From Octopus sinensis (lineage: Eukaryota): a stretch of DNA of 64,000 nt. Each line of letters opens with the position of its first letter. The first letter of the stretch is position 1. This document shows positions 62,260-64,000 of this stretch, in pieces. The stretch covers positions 169,136,001 through 169,200,000 of the forward strand of contig NC_042999.1 in assembly GCF_006345805.1 (NCBI RefSeq). The letters are read 5' to 3'. The notes below the pieces were generated by a model. It had not been told where the DNA came from. It was given only the letters and a program-made list of their open reading frames with translations, and did not search any database. Made by a program: the position numbers and the translations under genes.

Positions 62260-63505
62260 TGAAGTTGGTCTTCAAGCAACAAGTAAAGCAGATTCTTATA
62301 ATTGCTGATCTTCCATATCCTGTCCGTGGTGCCAACTTCCTGAATCATTTTGGTCTAATTGTAGATTTGAAACACAGGTGATTGATAGATTTGGAAACAG
62401 AATTATTTGCACAAGGTATTTACAGTATACCTGCTACTGTCAGTCCTCTTTTCTTTGTACCCCATACACCTAATCATTATCATGTGATCCTTAAAAAGTT
62501 TCCAGGTTCCACTTGTGCTGTTTTTAATAAGAAGTGTCTGGTACACTCTATTACACATCATGTTATCACTAAGAGACCTCCTGTTTCTTCATGACCTAGA
62601 CATCTCACTCCTTGGCAAGTTAAAAATAGCTGAGGACAAATTTAGTCACATGTTGGATCCTGGAATTAACTTGACTTCCACTTGGAGATTGTCATCCTTG
62701 TAGAGACTACAGACATTTGAATACTTTAACTGTTCCTGATAGGTACCAAATTCCACAGATTCATAATTAGCCAACTTCTTTACATGGTTGTACTGTTTTT
62801 CCAAAAATTAATTTGGTACTTGCCTATAATGAGATTCCTATAGAACCTGCTGATGTTCTTAGAACAGCCATAACTGCTCCTTTCGGACTTCTCCAATTTC
62901 TCAAAATGCTTTTTGGTTTTTGGTATTCTGCTAATACATTCCATAGATTTATTGATGAAGTCACTCATGGTTTAAACTTTGTTTTGACTTGATGATTGCT
63001 ATTGCTTTGGAAGAGCAGCATGAACAACATTTAGAACAACTTTTTACTAGATTGTCATAGTACATCCTGCAAATATGTCCCACCTAGCTCAGCTGCAATG
63101 CAATGAGGATTGAGGACCTCCACACTAACTGTGCCAGTGCATCACAGGATCTCTACATCAGGAATGCGATCCTGGCATCTGATATAAATGTGACAATGGA
63201 ATTCATAAAAATGGAATTCATCCATTTTGGACCAAAAGATGGATTCAAAAGCTCAGTCAGTAACTGGAGCTCCAAGAGATCACCATGCTGATGAAGGAGG
63301 AACTGCAATAGAGGGGAAGAAGTCTATAAACAGGTTTACAGTCTCATGATGTAAAGCTGGGTGGTTGAAGAGCCAGAACTTACATTTATTAACCCCCAAT
63401 AAATGTCTTTTTGATGTTTCTTCTATTGCATTTTTGGGACATATTATCAATAAAAATGGAATTCATCCATTAAAAGAAAAATTTGATGCCATTACAAATA
63501 TCCCT
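62260..63505 (+). mobile_element. Gypsy LTR retrotransposon pol remnant (protease to RT), interrupted ~63060-63370
   Basis: [54 protein letters not shown]. Confidence 0.82.
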
Positions 63506-63692
63506 GTAATATACTGATATAAATTCAATGAACTATACATATGCCTCACGTTGTAATTTCAATCAAATTTCTTTTCCTTTATTCTCTGCATTGTACTTCT
63601 GTTAGATTTTGTATCATGTCTCTCTCTCTTTCCCATTTTATATCTGGATTCTTTATATTAATTTTATTTTATATCGTTATTCTTCTTTTCAG

Positions 63693-63767
63693 CCAGAAAC
63701 AATTGGTGACTTAAATAGTTTACAAGAGCTCTGGCTTGATTGTAATAATCTTATCCAGTTACCTCGA
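63693..63767 (+). CDS. scrib: Scribble-like LAP LRR protein, internal coding exon (75 nt)
   Basis: ttcttttcag|CCAGAA...CCTCGA|gtaagt. Translates PETIGDLNSLQELWLDCNNLIQLPR (compare Scribble PDTLGALPNLRELWLDRNQLSALPP). Phase 0. Confidence 0.92.
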
Positions 63768-63894
63768 GTAAGTAATGTGTGTTTGTTGATTCTGATCCAT
63801 ACTAATTTTGGTTTTATTGTCTTCCTTGTTTGTTTATTTTTATTTAGTTTATAAAATATTTCAATATTTTATGACTTTTCTATATAGTTCTATA

Positions 63895-64000
63895 GGCGCA
63901 GGAGTGGCTGTGTGGTAAGTAGCTTGCTAACCAACCACATGGTTGCGGGTTCAGTCCCACTGCGTGGCATCTTGGGCAAGTGTCTTCTGCTATAGCCCCG
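63895..64000 (+). mobile_element. tRNA-derived SINE, cut by the window edge
   Basis: Same head as 32525 and 42019. Confidence 0.9.

Overview
AT-rich eukaryotic genomic DNA. The repeat families point to an octopus (inference). The window lies inside one + strand gene, a Scribble-type LAP leucine-rich-repeat gene. Four coding exons are visible (14806-14884, 24881-24970, 48034-48154, 63693-63767), with canonical AG/GT ends and compatible phases. Their joined translation is [122 protein letters not shown]. The 10-23 kb introns are packed with decayed and nested elements: about 10 Penelope-like (PLE) fragments, RTE, CR1-like and HERO-like LINEs, tRNA-derived SINEs, Tc1, mariner, maT, piggyBac, Helitrons, a Gypsy remnant and microsatellites. 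Most long ORFs in the track are microsatellite artefacts. The most striking signal is a set of at least 8 minimal type I hammerhead-ribozyme-like motifs at PLE ends. None has the canonical CUGANGA core, and several swap the C3-G8 tertiary pair compensatorily (G3:C8 once, U3:A8 three times). Other notable points: a 4.2 kb PLE composite that splits one LINE, a twin-priming-like RTE, a SINE/LINE shared tail, and several strong fold-back structures in the pre-mRNA. Repeat boundaries were read by eye and are approximate unless fixed by a TSD or splice site.
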